A DNA stretch of 64,000 nt, taken from the NCBI GenBank assembly GCA_016906335.1, contig JADEYG010000001.1:62001-126000 (forward strand). Reading direction: 5' to 3'. Position numbers and translations under genes: made by a program. Below, piece after piece: positions 16,207 to 29,840 of this stretch (its first letter is position 1; every line of letters begins with the position of its first letter). The notes beneath the pieces were generated by a model. That model did no database searches and was not told the DNA's origin. It was given only the letters and a program-made list of their open reading frames with translations. The DNA is from Novakomyces olei (lineage: Eukaryota).

Positions 16207-19200
16207 TCAGACGGCAATGGCCCAGCTTGTATCAGAGGCGGCAGCGAGATCAGACGCTGCTGCCTCTCCCTCCGCAGCCGTAGGCAAAAAGATCCTTGAT
16301 AAATCGGATAATTCTCCCTCTATAGCAAGCCCAGGCTGTGCATCGAGATCGAGATTGGCTTCCGTCTTGGCCACTGACGGGGTTGTAGATGCCTCCAAAG
16401 GCAGAATATCAGCATCGTCATTCAAAACAGACCTCAGTGCCTTGACAGACAGGGGCGGAGTGAGCAGGATATTGTCAGAACTGCCGCCAGAATCTCCACT
16501 GCCCATGTCGAGGGGAATAGGAGAGTCCAAAACGGCAGAGACCCGATCGGAAAAGTACTTTAAGGGATCAGCCAGAGCCACTGACCGGGCAGATTCCAAC
16601 TCTGCCGTTCTCACAGCAATATCGTCCACCTTGACATCCCTCACGGGACCCGTGTGCGGAGTAGAGATCATTGATAGTGGCGACATTTGACCGGCAGACG
16701 ATACGGGCACTGAGGCAGCAGCAGAAGAACTTGCGCCATAAAAGCCGTCTCCCGAGTGCTGCCGTTTTACTGGTGGCGTGTTTGCGTCCTCGGGAGTAAG
16801 GCCGTGTTTAAAGTTGAAGATTTGCATATCAGCGGCTCCTTCACGTTTTTCTTTTGTTTCTCCTTTAGCTCTTTGAGCAGCAGCAGCTGTAGCTGCTGCT
16901 GCTGCTGTTGCTGCTGCTTTGCTCTGTTTAGCTCCTTTTCCTGTTCCTGTTCCTGTTGCTCCTCCTCCTCCTGCCGCTGCCTGTTTCTGGTTGCGTCTTT
17001 GAGGCTTTGCCTTTGCCTGAGCTGTGGGCAGATTACCATTAGCCGCAGCTGACTGATTCGTATAAAAACTGCTCGTTCCAGTTGCACTTTGATTAGCCAT
17101 TTGCGCTTTAAGCTGCTGCTGCTGCTGCAACTGCATCTGCTGAAACTGCAGTTGCGCATATTGCTGGCTCATGGCCGGCAGCATTTCGCCCATCTGCACC
17201 TGGTTAGAAGCAGCCAGATTGCCGTTGTTTATTTGGCCGTTATTAGCGGCAATTTGGTTCATTGACTGGTTCATTGTTTGGTTCATTGACTGATTCATTG
17301 ACTGATTCATTGACTGATTCATTGGCTGGTTCATACTGCGGCCCAGACCGGCACTGTTTATGGGTGTCTGGCTGACGGTAGGATTCATCTGGAAATGCCT
17401 CCGCAGCAGCTGCTGTTGGGCATAGACGGTACGTTTGACAAAGGTAAAGTAACGGGAGATACTCTGCTTTAATTTTGCCAGTACTTCTGGCCGGATAATA
17501 AACCGGCCCCGGCCCAAATCTTCCAGCTGCATTCTGTACATCAGCTTCATTTGTACGAGTCGTTTAGTAGCATCTTCGTTCCCACTCAAGCAGTAGAAAA
17601 GGGCAATCAGCTGGTCAATCCTCTGGTACATTTGATACATGCTCTTTATCTGCTCAGCGACACTGGCCTTCTCCTGAGGGCTCAGGTTCGTAATCGCGTC
17701 TACATTCATTGTCTGAGCGCCCGCCTCCTCCATCAGCTCACGCAGTCTAATAGCAAACCGTGGCTGGCCGACTCGGCCTCCCGTCTCCAGCAAACGATGC
17801 ACAATACTGCTCTCTGACCCGTCCGTTCCTTGAGCCAGAGCTGCAAAACTGCCCAGTGAAGACTGCTGCCCTGGCCCACTCTGACTCTGAACAGGCTGCT
17901 GCTGACTAGTCAGATTGATGGGACTGGAAAACATTAGAGGGCTGCTCATTGGCCCCGGCTGATTTTGAAACGGAACAGTGTTGTTGTTGTTGCTGTTTGT
18001 ATAATTATTGCCATTATTGCCATTATTGCCGTTATTGCCATTATTAATATTATTGCCATTATTGTTATTAATACTATTATTATTGTTTGCATTCATGCCA
18101 GGCGCAGCAGCTTCCAGGCCCTGAAAGGATAAAAGCTTTGGTGTCGAGTTTGCACTGTGCACGTTACTGCCGCCTGGCGAAGAGCCTGTATTGTCCATTC
18201 CCTTGGCAAACGGAGGTCCCTGAGGTCCCTGTTTCGGGTCCGGGTTCTGCTTCATTTGCGGAGTAGCAGGCTTGCCTGTCCCCATCTTTCCCGGCCGAGA
18301 TTGGCCTCCTTTTTGAACATTATTCTGTGTCTGATGAGCAAATTGCTGCTGAATTTGTTGTTGCTGTTGCTGTTGCTGTTGTTGCTGTTGCTGTTGCTGC
18401 CTTTGTGAGCCTTGAAACTGAAAGTTTTCAAAGTCTATAGGCTGAGAGCCAAACTGCGAGTACTGCATCCCTGTACTCCCACCGCCAACGGCTCCAAGAA
18501 CGGGTCTCGCAGAGGGCTGTTTAAGTATTCCTGTACCACTGGCAGACTCGGGATCAGTGCCGCTGGCACTCTGGCCAGCGCCCTGAGCCGCCTGCATCTG
18601 CATCTGCATAAACTGGCTCCTTAGCGCCTGACAGTGCTGCTGGTAGACGATTCTTATCCTGTCCATCTGCTCACTGCTCAACGCTCTCCGCCGGCCGAGC
18701 TCTACAATCTGCTGCCACGTCGTTATTCCCGCAGGCAGGTTGGGTATTGTCGCCAGCATTTCTTTACTGATAGGGTACTTTGTCGGATCAGCTGCCGATG
18801 GCACTCCAGCAGACGCAGCCGGCCTGCCCGGCCGGACGGGCATACCGCCACTCGGCCGAGCTTGCTGAGGCCGTACCGTCTGAGCCATTGAGGGCATCTG
18901 CTGCTGTTGCTGTTGCTGTTGCTGTTGTTGTTTGCCATTATTATTGGTATTATTGTTTCCCTGTCTGCCGCCTGCGTTTAAAGGCATTTGATTAGAGTTT
19001 AATCCGTCCTTGGCCATTTGCTGCTGCTGCTGTTGTTGCTGTTGTTGCTGTTGTTGCTGCTGTTGCTGTTGTTGCTGAATAGACCGAAAAATAGCAAACA
19101 GCTTTTCTGGAGGAATCTGTTGCAATTGAGCAGGAGTCATATTATTGCCATGGCGCTGCTGCCACAAATGAATATGGTGCAGCATCATATTAATCTGCTG

Positions 19201-20318
19201 CTTGGTCAAATTCATTTTCGGGCCGGCCGGCTTTGAAGAGGTTTGAGGGTTTGTAGTACTGCCTTGTGCGGATTGCATATTTGGGGTATTTGGCTGTCCC
19301 ATTGCTGTGTAGGGCGGAAGAGACTGTGGCCGCATTGGCATCGCTGAGCCCTGGAAAGAGTTTGAAAAGGAGTTTGGGCCGTTGTTGCTGCCAGCCCGAT
19401 TTCCATTCTGTTGTTGCTGTTGTTGTTGCTGTTGTTGTTGCTGTTGTTGCTGTTGTTGCTGTTGTTGCTGTTGCTGTTGTTGCTGTTGCTGTTGCTGTTG
19501 TTGCTGTCTGTAAGCATTAGCTCGTTGCTGGGCATTCATCATTTGAAACTGCGCAGGCAACTGGCCCTGGTTCAGGAGAGGCGACTGCTGTGATTGGCCC
19601 ATTCGGCCTGCTGTTCCATTAGAGCCAGACGAAGCAGTTTGAGCGCTGGCAATAGGCTGGTTCCCGTTTGCAAGCACGGGCGAGCCTCCTCCGGGTAAAG
19701 TATTGTTTTGTATGGCGTTGGCTAGACGCTGCTGCATTTGTGCAGACTGGCCATTCATTTGTGCATGGTTATGCTGATCTCTGATCTGCAGCAGTTTGCG
19801 CCCGCAGGCGGCAATGTATTCTTTCTGCAAGCGTTTAGTATAGGCAGGATCAAGTTTAAGAATGGAAAAGGAACGAAAATGGGAAATTCGGCTCGAATCA
19901 AATAGGTAAAAATAAATTAAATTAAAAAATAAATTAAAAAATAAATTAAAATAATAAAAAACAGATAAATATATCTTTGCGTGGACACAAACCTTTGAAG
20001 GCGCTTTGGCAAACGTGTGCTTTTCAAACCCACTCGCTACTTGCAAAATTTGCTGTTCGCTAATATGCGGAGGGCTTATTTTCCGTAGACAAGCCGCTCT
20101 ATTGAAAGTCAGCACCAAAGGGCTATAAAACAGGAATATGCATACACTTGCAATGTGATCTTTTGCCGTTCTTCACTCGTAATGGAACTACGCCAATCCA
20201 TATCGAAGGGGAAGCCGCCTGCATTGAACATTGAGGCGGGGTTCCCATTATTCGGAAAGACGGGTGTCTGACCGGTCCCGTCGTTGCCGATATTATTATC
20301 ACCTGGATTATTGCTCAT
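16207..20318 (-). CDS. MED15: Mediator subunit Med15/Gal11; exons 20318-20146, 20098-19993, 19824-16207
   Basis: Spliced KIX-like N-terminus (DWRSSITSEERQKITLQV..FEKHTFAKAPSKKEYIAAC), long poly-Q tracts and a Gal11-like LPAGITTWQQI segment. Confidence 0.8.
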
Positions 20319-21600
20319 CGTAGATCACTCTGACAAATTAAATAAAACCCCTAAAAAAAAAAAAGGTAAAAGCACAAGCACAACAACTAGCGAAAGAATC
20401 GCGTTTGTAGAAAAATATTCTGACAGGTTATTAAACAAGACGTGTTTGACTCGTTTAAAAGAACGTTCGCCTTATAGCGGTAAGCAAAACGCGGCCGTGA
20501 TAATCATATAACGAGACGCTTGGGCCTTTGCGGGTTCAGCAACGGCCAACGAGTAACTCGGGGGAAAAACACAGGATTAGGCGTAGGATTAGAAGAAAAA
20601 GAGACAGAGTATCTCTTTTGGTAGCAAGATTAAGAGTAAGCTGGTAAGCACCAGGTCGACGGCCTGCCAAGTCCGTTCCAATGCAAAAAGGCCAAGATTT
20701 CGAGCAGCTCAGACTTTGGTCAGCCCAAACTTTAATAAGCTCAGATTTCAAGCAGCTCAGACTTGATCAGCTCAGATTTCGAAATCCTCAGTATCCGGCA
20801 ATCCTTGCGGAGAACGAAGAGACAGATCAAATCTGGCAGGCTAAACAGGCCGGTCTGCTCAAAGAAAACTCGGGTCAGACGAGAAGGATCGTGAAACGCT
20901 CTAGCGCATTGGCTCGTGACCGCAGTGAGCTATTTTCTGTTCTGAATCAACGGCCTTGCAAATTTGCAGATTGGTAGGGTACAATGCCAGAGCCGAAACG
21001 TCTCTGCTCGCAGAGATCAGATAGAGCTTTGGCGCGATCGCACAGAACGGCGGAAAGAGTACAAAATTAAAGACCAATGCAGTTTTCAGCGCAACTGCCC
21101 CGGAGACAAGATTTGACAGAGATCTGTATAGGCAGAGCACCAGAGTGCGTAGAGTAGAGGAGAGGAAAAGGCCACAGTCTGCAGCAGTTGAGGATTAGCA
21201 GATACTTCCCGCAAAACAAGGTTAAATCTTAAACAAACTTTAGGTATCTAGCTCCTTTTTGGCGTGAACCAAACAGGCAATATCTCTCATACCTGCACGA
21301 GATGAGGACACACTACGTATAATGTACTGTACTTTTTATTACTATTCAGGGAGACGTGTGTGAAGTGTGGGCGAGATTGATTAATCAATATTTGGGCAAA
21401 ATATACACAGTATGTCGTGAATTTAGAGCCGTTTGGACGCGCAAAAGCTATGCGCACGAGTATTACCTCACTGCGCGGCTCACGTGCCGTGAGCCACGTA
21501 CAATTAATTGACGTGCGCTTCACCGACTCTTGGATCCGTACTCTTTCTTCGGACACGTTAGTGATCGCTCAAGTAATTTACATAAATCATTTAAATCCAA

Positions 21601-21716
21601 ATTGTATTTTCCGACTTGTATTTTCCAATTTTATTTTCCAATTGTGTTTTCCAATTGTGTTTTCCAATTGTGTTTTCCAATTATGTTTTCCAATTATGTT
21701 TTCCAAATTGTATTTT
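21601..21716. repeat. 13-bp tandem repeat (ATTGTGTTTTCCA)n
   Basis: About 8 imperfect copies. Confidence 0.85.
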
Positions 21717-22562
21717 ACCGGTGCCAAAGCATAATAAACCACAGACGTGTGCACGTAGCCTTACTTGAAATTAAGTAGTATTACGTAATGGCTCTGCGGT
21801 GAGGAGACTGGCGAGGGCAAATACAGTGCGACAGCGCAGACTGCGTCGCGTTTTTGTGGCAAAGCGCAGTGCAATCGTAGCGGTGTGGACACTTTTAAGC
21901 TGGACCTGTCCCATCTTCAATTGTGCCTCTATATCCATCTTTTTGTGGCGCGATGATTTATTCCCTGCACAGATTCCATGTGAGACATTCGTGTATCTGT
22001 TAGCGCGTACCTTGCGCACCACACAGGGTATAGTCCCCATTCTCCAACACTACAAACACGGCCAACTGAGAAAAGATACAATGGCACATGCGTGTCGAAA
22101 AAGTATTAGGAAATCTTGCAAGAAAAGCTCAACTTTATTCATAATCTGATCAGTTTTGGGTCTGGCCACGTTTGCAAGAAACGTACCAAGAATATATATG
22201 GCCAGCCAGCATGCTGTATATTCTCATACTGAAGCCTCCTATATATTATCATCTCCTATACATATTATCCTCATATCCTTATACTGAAGTCTCCTATATA
22301 TCTCATATATATCTCCTCAATACTATACATCCTTCTGTATTGTCCTCATACTATATCGTGCTATATATCTCCATACTATACATATCACGCTCTACTATTC
22401 GCTTCACCATTTTGATCCTCTATAATTATTATGCGAATTTCTCTGTGAGAGGTGTAATGTACTGCTCATTATATGCTCGATAATTTGCCTATTAAATAAA
22501 AAATCGAATAATCGATAAGGATTGATTCAGTGGAAGAAAGCATTTCACAAAAGCCTTCCATC

Positions 22563-22950
22563 ATGTCCTTCTTATTTGGTCGCTCGAACGAACAGGTTAA
22601 TCCCCAAAATGTGGCCATGGCAGAACAAGAGATTGAGCTTATGTCTGATATTTTCAACAAGTAAGTTACAATAATCTTCCTGTCGCCATCTAACATTTTC
22701 TTTCATCCAGGCTCGTAAATTCGTGTCACACCAAATGCATTCCCGCGAATTACACGGACGCGGATCTCAGCAAGGGCGAAAGTGTCTGCATTGACCGCTG
22801 CGTTTCAAAATTCTTCCAAGTCAATAAACGGCTTTCCGAGGTTTGCATCTCAATTTGTATGGAGTATTTTATTTTCTAATATTGTAGCACATGCAAAAGA
22901 AGGGTCAAGAAATTCAAGCCGCTGCCGGTGGAGGCCGAGGACTGTTTTAG
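22563..22950 (+). CDS. TIM10: Mitochondrial intermembrane-space chaperone Tim10; exons 22563-22660, 22711-22840, 22888-22950
   Basis: Spliced product MSFLFG..AEQEIELMSDIFNKLVNSCHTKCI..DLSKGESVCIDRCVSKFF has the twin CX3C motif. The gene is absent from the ORF track. Confidence 0.93.
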
Positions 22951-23503
22951 CCAGGTCGGATCGGATTAATAGCCTGTCTAAGGGACTGGTTACAGTATGG
23001 CGGCCAAGGAACTTGGTACCATGGAGAAATCGTATAATGGCAGTATTCAATAGCACTATATACATACTCTCTAATCACCATTCTAATGATTTTCCAATGT
23101 TACGATGCTTCCTCGACCAGGAAACTGCTGTGAATAATAAATTTGAATTTATAGGCTTCAGCAACATGTGCACGAATTTCATACTTGTTGCATTCTATTC
23201 GGATTTTATTTTTATACTCTTTATCCATTGGTTCTCATTATTTATTCGTTGCTTGCTATGAGGCTATTTCCTTCCCTCTTTGTTTTTGCAATTCTTTAGT
23301 CTTGTCAAAATGTCCACTGAGTCGAGCAGTCCGGTTGTCAAACCCACAATGAATTACTATGATTTTATCGTTATTCTCCATTAAATGATTTGCCCCTACC
23401 ACAAAATAAAAGATAAATCAAAATAATAAATAATAAATGAAGCATATGATGAATAAACTACAATGAACTACAATGCAAATTTTACTCTCCATTCAATACG
23501 CCA

Positions 23504-25612
23504 TCAAAGATGACGCGACATGAAAAGTAATCTGTCTTGCGACAGAGATCGACTGTAAACAGGTCTTTGCTGCTGCCGTTGTTGTTGCTGCTGCTGTTGC
23601 TGAGAATCAATTAAGCGGCCGTTTGTAGCGCTCAAGTCTGCCCCTGAACTACTGACAGACGCCCTTAGACTTGTCCCTTTGAACACAGAATTAGGAGCAG
23701 CAGAGCGGGGAGCAGTTCCGCTCAGATCACCGGCTGTTATGCCTGTGCCAGGTGGAGACAAAGCAGAGCCCTTTGGCCCATTAAATAATGAAGGCATTTC
23801 CCCAAAGGATCGCGATAACGAGTACGAGTCCATGAGGGGAGTAGATGCTGGGCCTGGAGCACAAACGGTCCTTCTTCGCTCCTCGTACTGATCCTCTCTA
23901 GCGGCTTTTTCACTGTGCGAGGCAGACTGCCTGTCCCTAAGCATGTTTGCCCAGTCTGATAACTGGTAAATGAGCCACATATTGGGACCTATCCAAGGCG
24001 ACTTGTCTTTGAGCCATCTGTAAGCCTCATCAACAGAGAGCCGTTTGTATGCAATAATATAGGCAATTATAAGACTGGCCGATCGAGATACTCCACATTG
24101 GCAATGAATCAGGACCCGTTTCCTTAATTCTTTGGCCTTGTAAGAAATGTACTTTGTTAGAGCAGGAAGATCACGGGCCATAACCGCATTATGTTCCCAG
24201 GGCACATGGACATATTCAATCTCTGCACCGGCAACTTCGTACTGGCTCACAGTCGAAAACTTTTCCAGTTCCGTGATAAGCGATCGGCGGCGCTGATGAT
24301 AAAGATCATTAAAGCCTGATACAAAAGACGTTTGGGCGCTATTTTTCTCCATACGATCTATACTCTCCACATCTTTTGGCTCCCGTTCCAGAGGCATTTC
24401 CGTCTCCATTGAAGGAGCCTTGTATACAAACTCTTGTGGAGGCAAAACTTCACGTGCGACATTTATGATTATATCGTACTTTTTCATAGCCACGTCCTCC
24501 AAATCCGGTTCGCGACTGAGCCATATATTTTCGTCCACTTCAACTGCCCCATCTGGGTAAGCACAGCTGTTTAGCACATCGTTATCCTGAGCCAGGACCT
24601 GAGAGGCAAACGGCCTACTGCTGACTGGCTCGTCGTTGTCATTATCTAGAGACAATGGCTCAAGGCCCTTACGCACAAGTTCGATCGGAGAAGTATTTGA
24701 CCGGTGAATCATGCGTCGAGTTCCAGAGCCGCCTGAGCTTTGTGGACTATAGTAGGCGGTTTGACCTGCCTGTGTTTTCCATTGCTGGCTTGGAATATTG
24801 AGAGCGGGTAACGCGGGCCTCAGTCTCTGATTGCAGGAAGCAGTCGCTGGATTAAGGGTTATGTCTGGCACTAACTTGGTCTGCGTACCCCTACCTTGCG
24901 CATTTCCATATTCGAGTTCACAACCAACAGAGTCGCTGGCGACTTTAGACACTTGCAAAGCATTTCCATCGGGCATTTGACCTGTATTAGCAGGGTCAAA
25001 TTGCCTTGCATTTGCTGAAGGATCAAGGCTGTAATGAAGCTTTGCACTTGAATCCTCCGCCTGTAGAAGCCTACTGCTCTTTGCCGATGTAGAATTTGGA
25101 GTAGCCGGAATTGGACACATTGCTGTACTTGACCCGTTCCGCCTTGAAGCAGGTCTTTCTGTCGGAGTTACAAGGCACAATTCGTCCCTCTCTTGTTGAA
25201 ACGCTACACTAGAGGGCAGAACGTTTAAGGCTAGACCTTTCATGTTTCTCCGCCGGCTTGGTGTTGGCACGTCGGTATTTGTAGCTGCTGGTGCAGTACT
25301 GCTCTTACCTGGCGTAACATTGGCAGCGTATCTCTTGTCCTTTTGCTCCGGCGAGGGAGAGGGCGACTTGAGCGACCTTTCGCCTTCAATTAATATATTG
25401 TTTCGGTTATTACCACCGGTAAAGGCCCTAGGGCCAATGCCGTTGCTGTTTCCAAACTCTTTGATTCCCGTCATAAATCGTAAACCATGGTGATTTATTG
25501 TATCTCGATCTCCACTAGAAATAGGCTGGCTGAATGGGAACTGGTGATTAATTGTATCTCGATCTCCACTAGAAATAGGCTGGCTGAATGGGAACCGACG
25601 CTTTGTGGCCAT
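23504..25612 (-). CDS. Dual-specificity (MAP kinase) phosphatase, Msg5/Pmp1-like
   Basis: Catalytic VLIHCQCGVSRSASLIIAY, SPWIGPNMWLIYQL, and an RNMKGLALNV docking-like motif. Start set at the first ATG. Confidence 0.88.
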   Translation of the reverse strand: MATKRRFPFSQPISSGDRDTINHQFPFSQPISSGDRDTINHHGLRFMTGIKEFGNSNGIGPRAFTGGNNRNNILIEGERSLKSPSPSPEQKDKRYAANVTPGKSSTAPAATNTDVPTPSRRRNMKGLALNVLPSSVAFQQERDELCLVTPTERPASRRNGSSTAMCPIPATPNSTSAKSSRLLQAEDSSAKLHYSLDPSANARQFDPANTGQMPDGNALQVSKVASDSVGCELEYGNAQGRGTQTKLVPDITLNPATASCNQRLRPALPALNIPSQQWKTQAGQTAYYSPQSSGGSGTRRMIHRSNTSPIELVRKGLEPLSLDNDNDEPVSSRPFASQVLAQDNDVLNSCAYPDGAVEVDENIWLSREPDLEDVAMKKYDIIINVAREVLPPQEFVYKAPSMETEMPLEREPKDVESIDRMEKNSAQTSFVSGFNDLYHQRRRSLITELEKFSTVSQYEVAGAEIEYVHVPWEHNAVMARDLPALTKYISYKAKELRKRVLIHCQCGVSRSASLIIAYIIAYKRLSVDEAYRWLKDKSPWIGPNMWLIYQLSDWANMLRDRQSASHSEKAAREDQYEERRRTVCAPGPASTPLMDSYSLSRSFGEMPSLFNGPKGSALSPPGTGITAGDLSGTAPRSAAPNSVFKGTSLRASVSSSGADLSATNGRLIDSQQQQQQQQRQQQRPVYSRSLSQDRLLFMSRHL

Positions 25613-26931
25613 GCGACAAAACACGCAAAGTAATGACAAAAAGGTGGCAATTGAGCAAAAGAGCAGCTTAGGTATAAAAGCCTTTTAGTGCAATTTGGGA
25701 CGTAAAAATTTGCTGCCGAAACTGCAATTGATCGAGACTCACGGGCTAATTGAATAATAAACAGTCGCTCAAGTATGCAAAGGCAAGATATAGCAGAGAT
25801 CTAATTGACAAGATAAATTATCCCGCACGTGCAAGATCTCGTTCGTCCTTTTATGCCAGTAATTAATTATTCTGCATTTCTCTTGCCCGTCATGCAAACC
25901 TCTAGTCCTCTTTTTTTGGCCCTCTGTCCAGTCAATAGTCAATTTGATCTTGAGCAAAGGTATGATCTGGTCAAGGCACGTTTGGTGTCTTGATTAGACA
26001 AAGCTGTACTAGGCGCAAAAAGCACTCCCAGATCCGTCAAAGCCAGGATTTACGGCGTCTTTTCAATGCCTAGTTTGAAATACAGAAAAGTACTGCTGTT
26101 TTGATGCTTTTATTTTTGGCAAACGGTCTTTTGGCGCTGCTTTCAAATTTGCCAACTTGGCCGACCGACCCACCTTGCTCCAGAATCGGTAAACCCTTCA
26201 AGATTGGTTAGTCGACGCAAATAGTCGTCTAGGGTTTTCTTCGTTTTTTATAACGGGGCTATTTATTTAGCTTCAACCAAAGTCCCTTTTAATCTGTTAA
26301 TTAATTAATAAAGAAATAAATTAATTAATTATATAAATATATTAATTGGTTATTGCTGAGTGAATTAGTGTGTTTGTAATACAGCTTATAATACAGCTTG
26401 GATATTCAGGTAAGCAATATTATTATAAAATCCCCGTTTCGTCCGCTTCTATTCTCGTTTAATTCGCCACAGATTCAAGACTGGTGCGCACAATAAGGAG
26501 CTTAATCGGGCAAAATTGGCGATCTCAATTTTGTAGCGTTTATTTTGCGAATGTCTAACGGCAATTATAAAATCAGTATCGTCTTTGCTATTTTATGCGC
26601 TTCCCTGTAGGCTTATTGTAAGCATTGGACACTCATAAGGACGGGACTACTGCATTTGCTATTTATCTTTGTATTGCACTATTTTCACTTGCTGAATTTT
26701 ATTGACTCCATTTTTTTCCTACATATGAGCAAACTAATGGAGCAGTATGCCATTATCAAACTAAACACACTGATAATCGCATACTGGCAACGACCATCAT
26801 AATTACAAGCCTATATTGATAATAATTCCTGATTGAATTAGACTAATGTTGCGCTAATGCCACCAGATGGCTGAACAAACAACAATGCTCTCCACTATAA
26901 TACAGTTTATGATTTATAATAATCATAGAAA

Positions 26932-26963
<32 letters not shown>

Positions 26964-27048
26964 AAAAACAAAAACAAAAACAAAAATAAAATACTTTTCA
27001 TAGTACGCTAATCTAGAGACCGGAAGCCAAGCAAGGCCATCTATCCTT

Positions 27049-29076
27049 TTAGTCATCGTCAGAGACAGGGTTACGCGTGAAATGTCCACCATGTCCAGAG
27101 CCCGCGCTTGCATCGTAATCCCACATGTACCCCGAAACATTTGCTTGTTCTATACGTCTTTTAGACAGTGAAGACCATCGGCCCTTTTCGTTTCTTCCAG
27201 CGCTGCTCCAGTTAGGCGCATAGTTATTCGTGTAATTGCCCATGGTGGAGGCAGAACGAGACAGAGGTGTCTGTCGCCACAATTCCTGAGGCCTGGCCGA
27301 CGTAAATCTGCGAGCCGCTGACGCTGAGCCGTTTTGCCCTGCCGCTCTGTCCGGCCCGGCAGAGCCTTGATCGGCAGGAGCAGAGATGGACGAATGAATA
27401 AAAGAAAGAGAAGGAGAATGAGACTGCCTTTCGAGGGCAGTGCTGCGAGGCGACTGAGACCGATCGTGGATTGCTGCAGGAGTTAAAGGTGACGAAGGCG
27501 AAAACTCATAGTCTTTGATTGGCCGACGAAACCTTCTTTGCGAGTGCCGCCGAGTCAAAACGGCTTCCGCTGAGCGGACTTGCAGTGGCAACGAAGCCTC
27601 GGCAGCGCTTAAACTGCCATCTCTTAAACTGCCGTCCTTTCTCTGCACAGGCGTACTATCCCGCAAGCACTGACGGTAGTCCGAGAGAGCCGATCGATGC
27701 CCTAGTTCAAGTTGGAGCTGGGGCCGCCGTTTCGGCGACTGCGACTCTACTCGTGGCCTCATCCTTATACCGTCCTCCTGTGCCATACGGCTCTGCCTCT
27801 GCTCTGAGGTTTGTGGTTCGAGTAGAAAAGTAGGGGCAGTCGAGGCGTTTAGTCCGTACAGGTTCAGCTGCGAGCAGTCGCGATCAATAGTCGAGACTCT
27901 ATTAATAGCCGCATCGTCCACTGACCTGAACGCTGAGGATTGTGCCAAAGACTCTGCCAGCCGGGCAAGTTCGTCAGTGACTGATACAACCATCGTTCGG
28001 CCTTGAGGCGACTTTTTTTCTGCATAGTCTACCAGCAGCCCTTTAATACGCGTCAGTGATGTTAAAACCGTCAACGGCAGGGAGGGACCTGCCGCTGCTA
28101 ATTGGTTCAATGCCTCGATCAACCGGCACTGGCTTTTGTCCAGCTCGGTATCAGAGTCCCGTCCAGCCTGGGCTTGAACAGCATTGCTTGTTTCTTCAGG
28201 CAGAGGCCGGTCGCTGTGCTGACTGCGCTGGGCTGTTTCTACTGTGCGCAGCCTTTCTTTCAGCTCCAGCATCTCGTTCCAAAATGCTGCTGATTCAGAT
28301 CGCGTAATAGGTGCTTGCGCCTCTGCTTGCTCGGAGCTTAGATTTTTTGGAGTTTCTTGCGCACTGTATATCTTTAAGGACTCCAGTTTTGTCAGTGTAG
28401 TTGCTGACTCTGGAGACTGAAGTTTTGAAGGCGTCTCCAGTATGGAAGCTTGGCCGCCTCCTTCTATTTCTTCTTCCTCGTCTTCTTCGTCTTCGTCTTC
28501 GTCTTCGTCTTTTGCTTTCCCATTTTGCTCAACGCTCTCCTCCATATGACGAGGTGGCTGGTCCGAGCCTCTTTCTTTTGGCTCTAAGGAGATGTGCGAG
28601 TGCACATCTGTGCCTTCATCAAGGGACACTGAATCTGTAAGGTTTTGTGTGTTTCCAGGCAGTACCCTTCCGAGCAGAAGAGAGCTGGCTCTCGGGTAGC
28701 TGGCCGAAAGCTGCTCAATTAGACGATCGAGTCTTTGAAAAAGGAGAAAGTTTTTTTTTAGAAAAAAAAGAAAAGATCAACCGAGAAAAGATCAACCAAG
28801 AAAAGATCAAAAAACGAATAAAAGGTGTAGACGAACAACAGGTGACTAGGTAGAAGCCCGAGCGGAGACTAGATTTATAGAGATGTGGACCTATAATCCC
28901 CGCTCATGCAGAATTACGAGTAGCACGGATATTTAAAAGAAAATCACCAAACAAAATGCAAGACGTACCCCGGAAGGCCTCAATGGGCTTTGGATGCCAT
29001 AGACTGTGAGCTGGCTTGGTGATAGGGTTGGAAGTTTTGTATTAAACGACGGGCTGCCGGCATTGTATGGAGCCAT
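27049..29076 (-). CDS. Low-complexity hypothetical protein with a short coiled-coil motif (possibly Mto2/Spa18-like); exons 29076-28969, 28710-27049
   Basis: A 36-codon ATG exon with GTACGT donor splices in phase 0 to a CTAAT..CAG acceptor upstream of the 526-aa ORF. Family assignment is weak. Confidence 0.65.
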
Positions 29077-29840
29077 CTGACCGCGATTTCAGGTCGATCG
29101 AACAAAGAGGCGAATCGATAGAGGGGCGAATCGAATAAAAAGGAGATTTAGAGCAATCAAGACTGTAGATTTGTGGTGAGGAGCTCAATGTCTTTAGAAA
29201 AGAATCAAAAATGTCGTCAAGGATTAAGCAGATCGAACAATAGGCGAGACTGACTCTAATCAGCAGGCAAAGTTTTGTAAAAGAAGCTTTAGTATTTCGC
29301 GGGTAACGCAGAGAAAAGAACAGTATTTCGCACCCCAATTTTGATACAAAACCCGGATATCAGGAGACGAGCGCGTCCAGCCCAATTCGTGTAGAATATT
29401 AGAAAAAGAGCCGTTTACTCAATCGCACAGCGTCACATCTCGATACACGGCAGACTCACTCATATCGTCGACAGCGTCACCCCAACACTATTTCGTAGAC
29501 CACTGAAATACACATTCTCCCGAGCAAACTTTGGCAATAGTATTTCGAGGTTAGTTGTCGCGTAAACTGATACAGTATTGAGTCACCCGGCACATGTTAT
29601 TATGTTATTTTCTCATTGTATCGTCTTTTATATTCGATGCTGTATGTACTGTATATATGTTGTCTTATATTGCCATATATTGTCTACACATTGTCTATGT
29701 ATCCCCCATCCTAAACAAGAATTCCTAACTAGCACTAGTAGACCCTAACTAACCCTAACCATAAGATTGGCCGCTATATTCACGGTTTTCGTGTAGGATG
29801 GCCGGTAAACAAAGTGTCGTAAAGAGCTAGCAGAGCGCGC

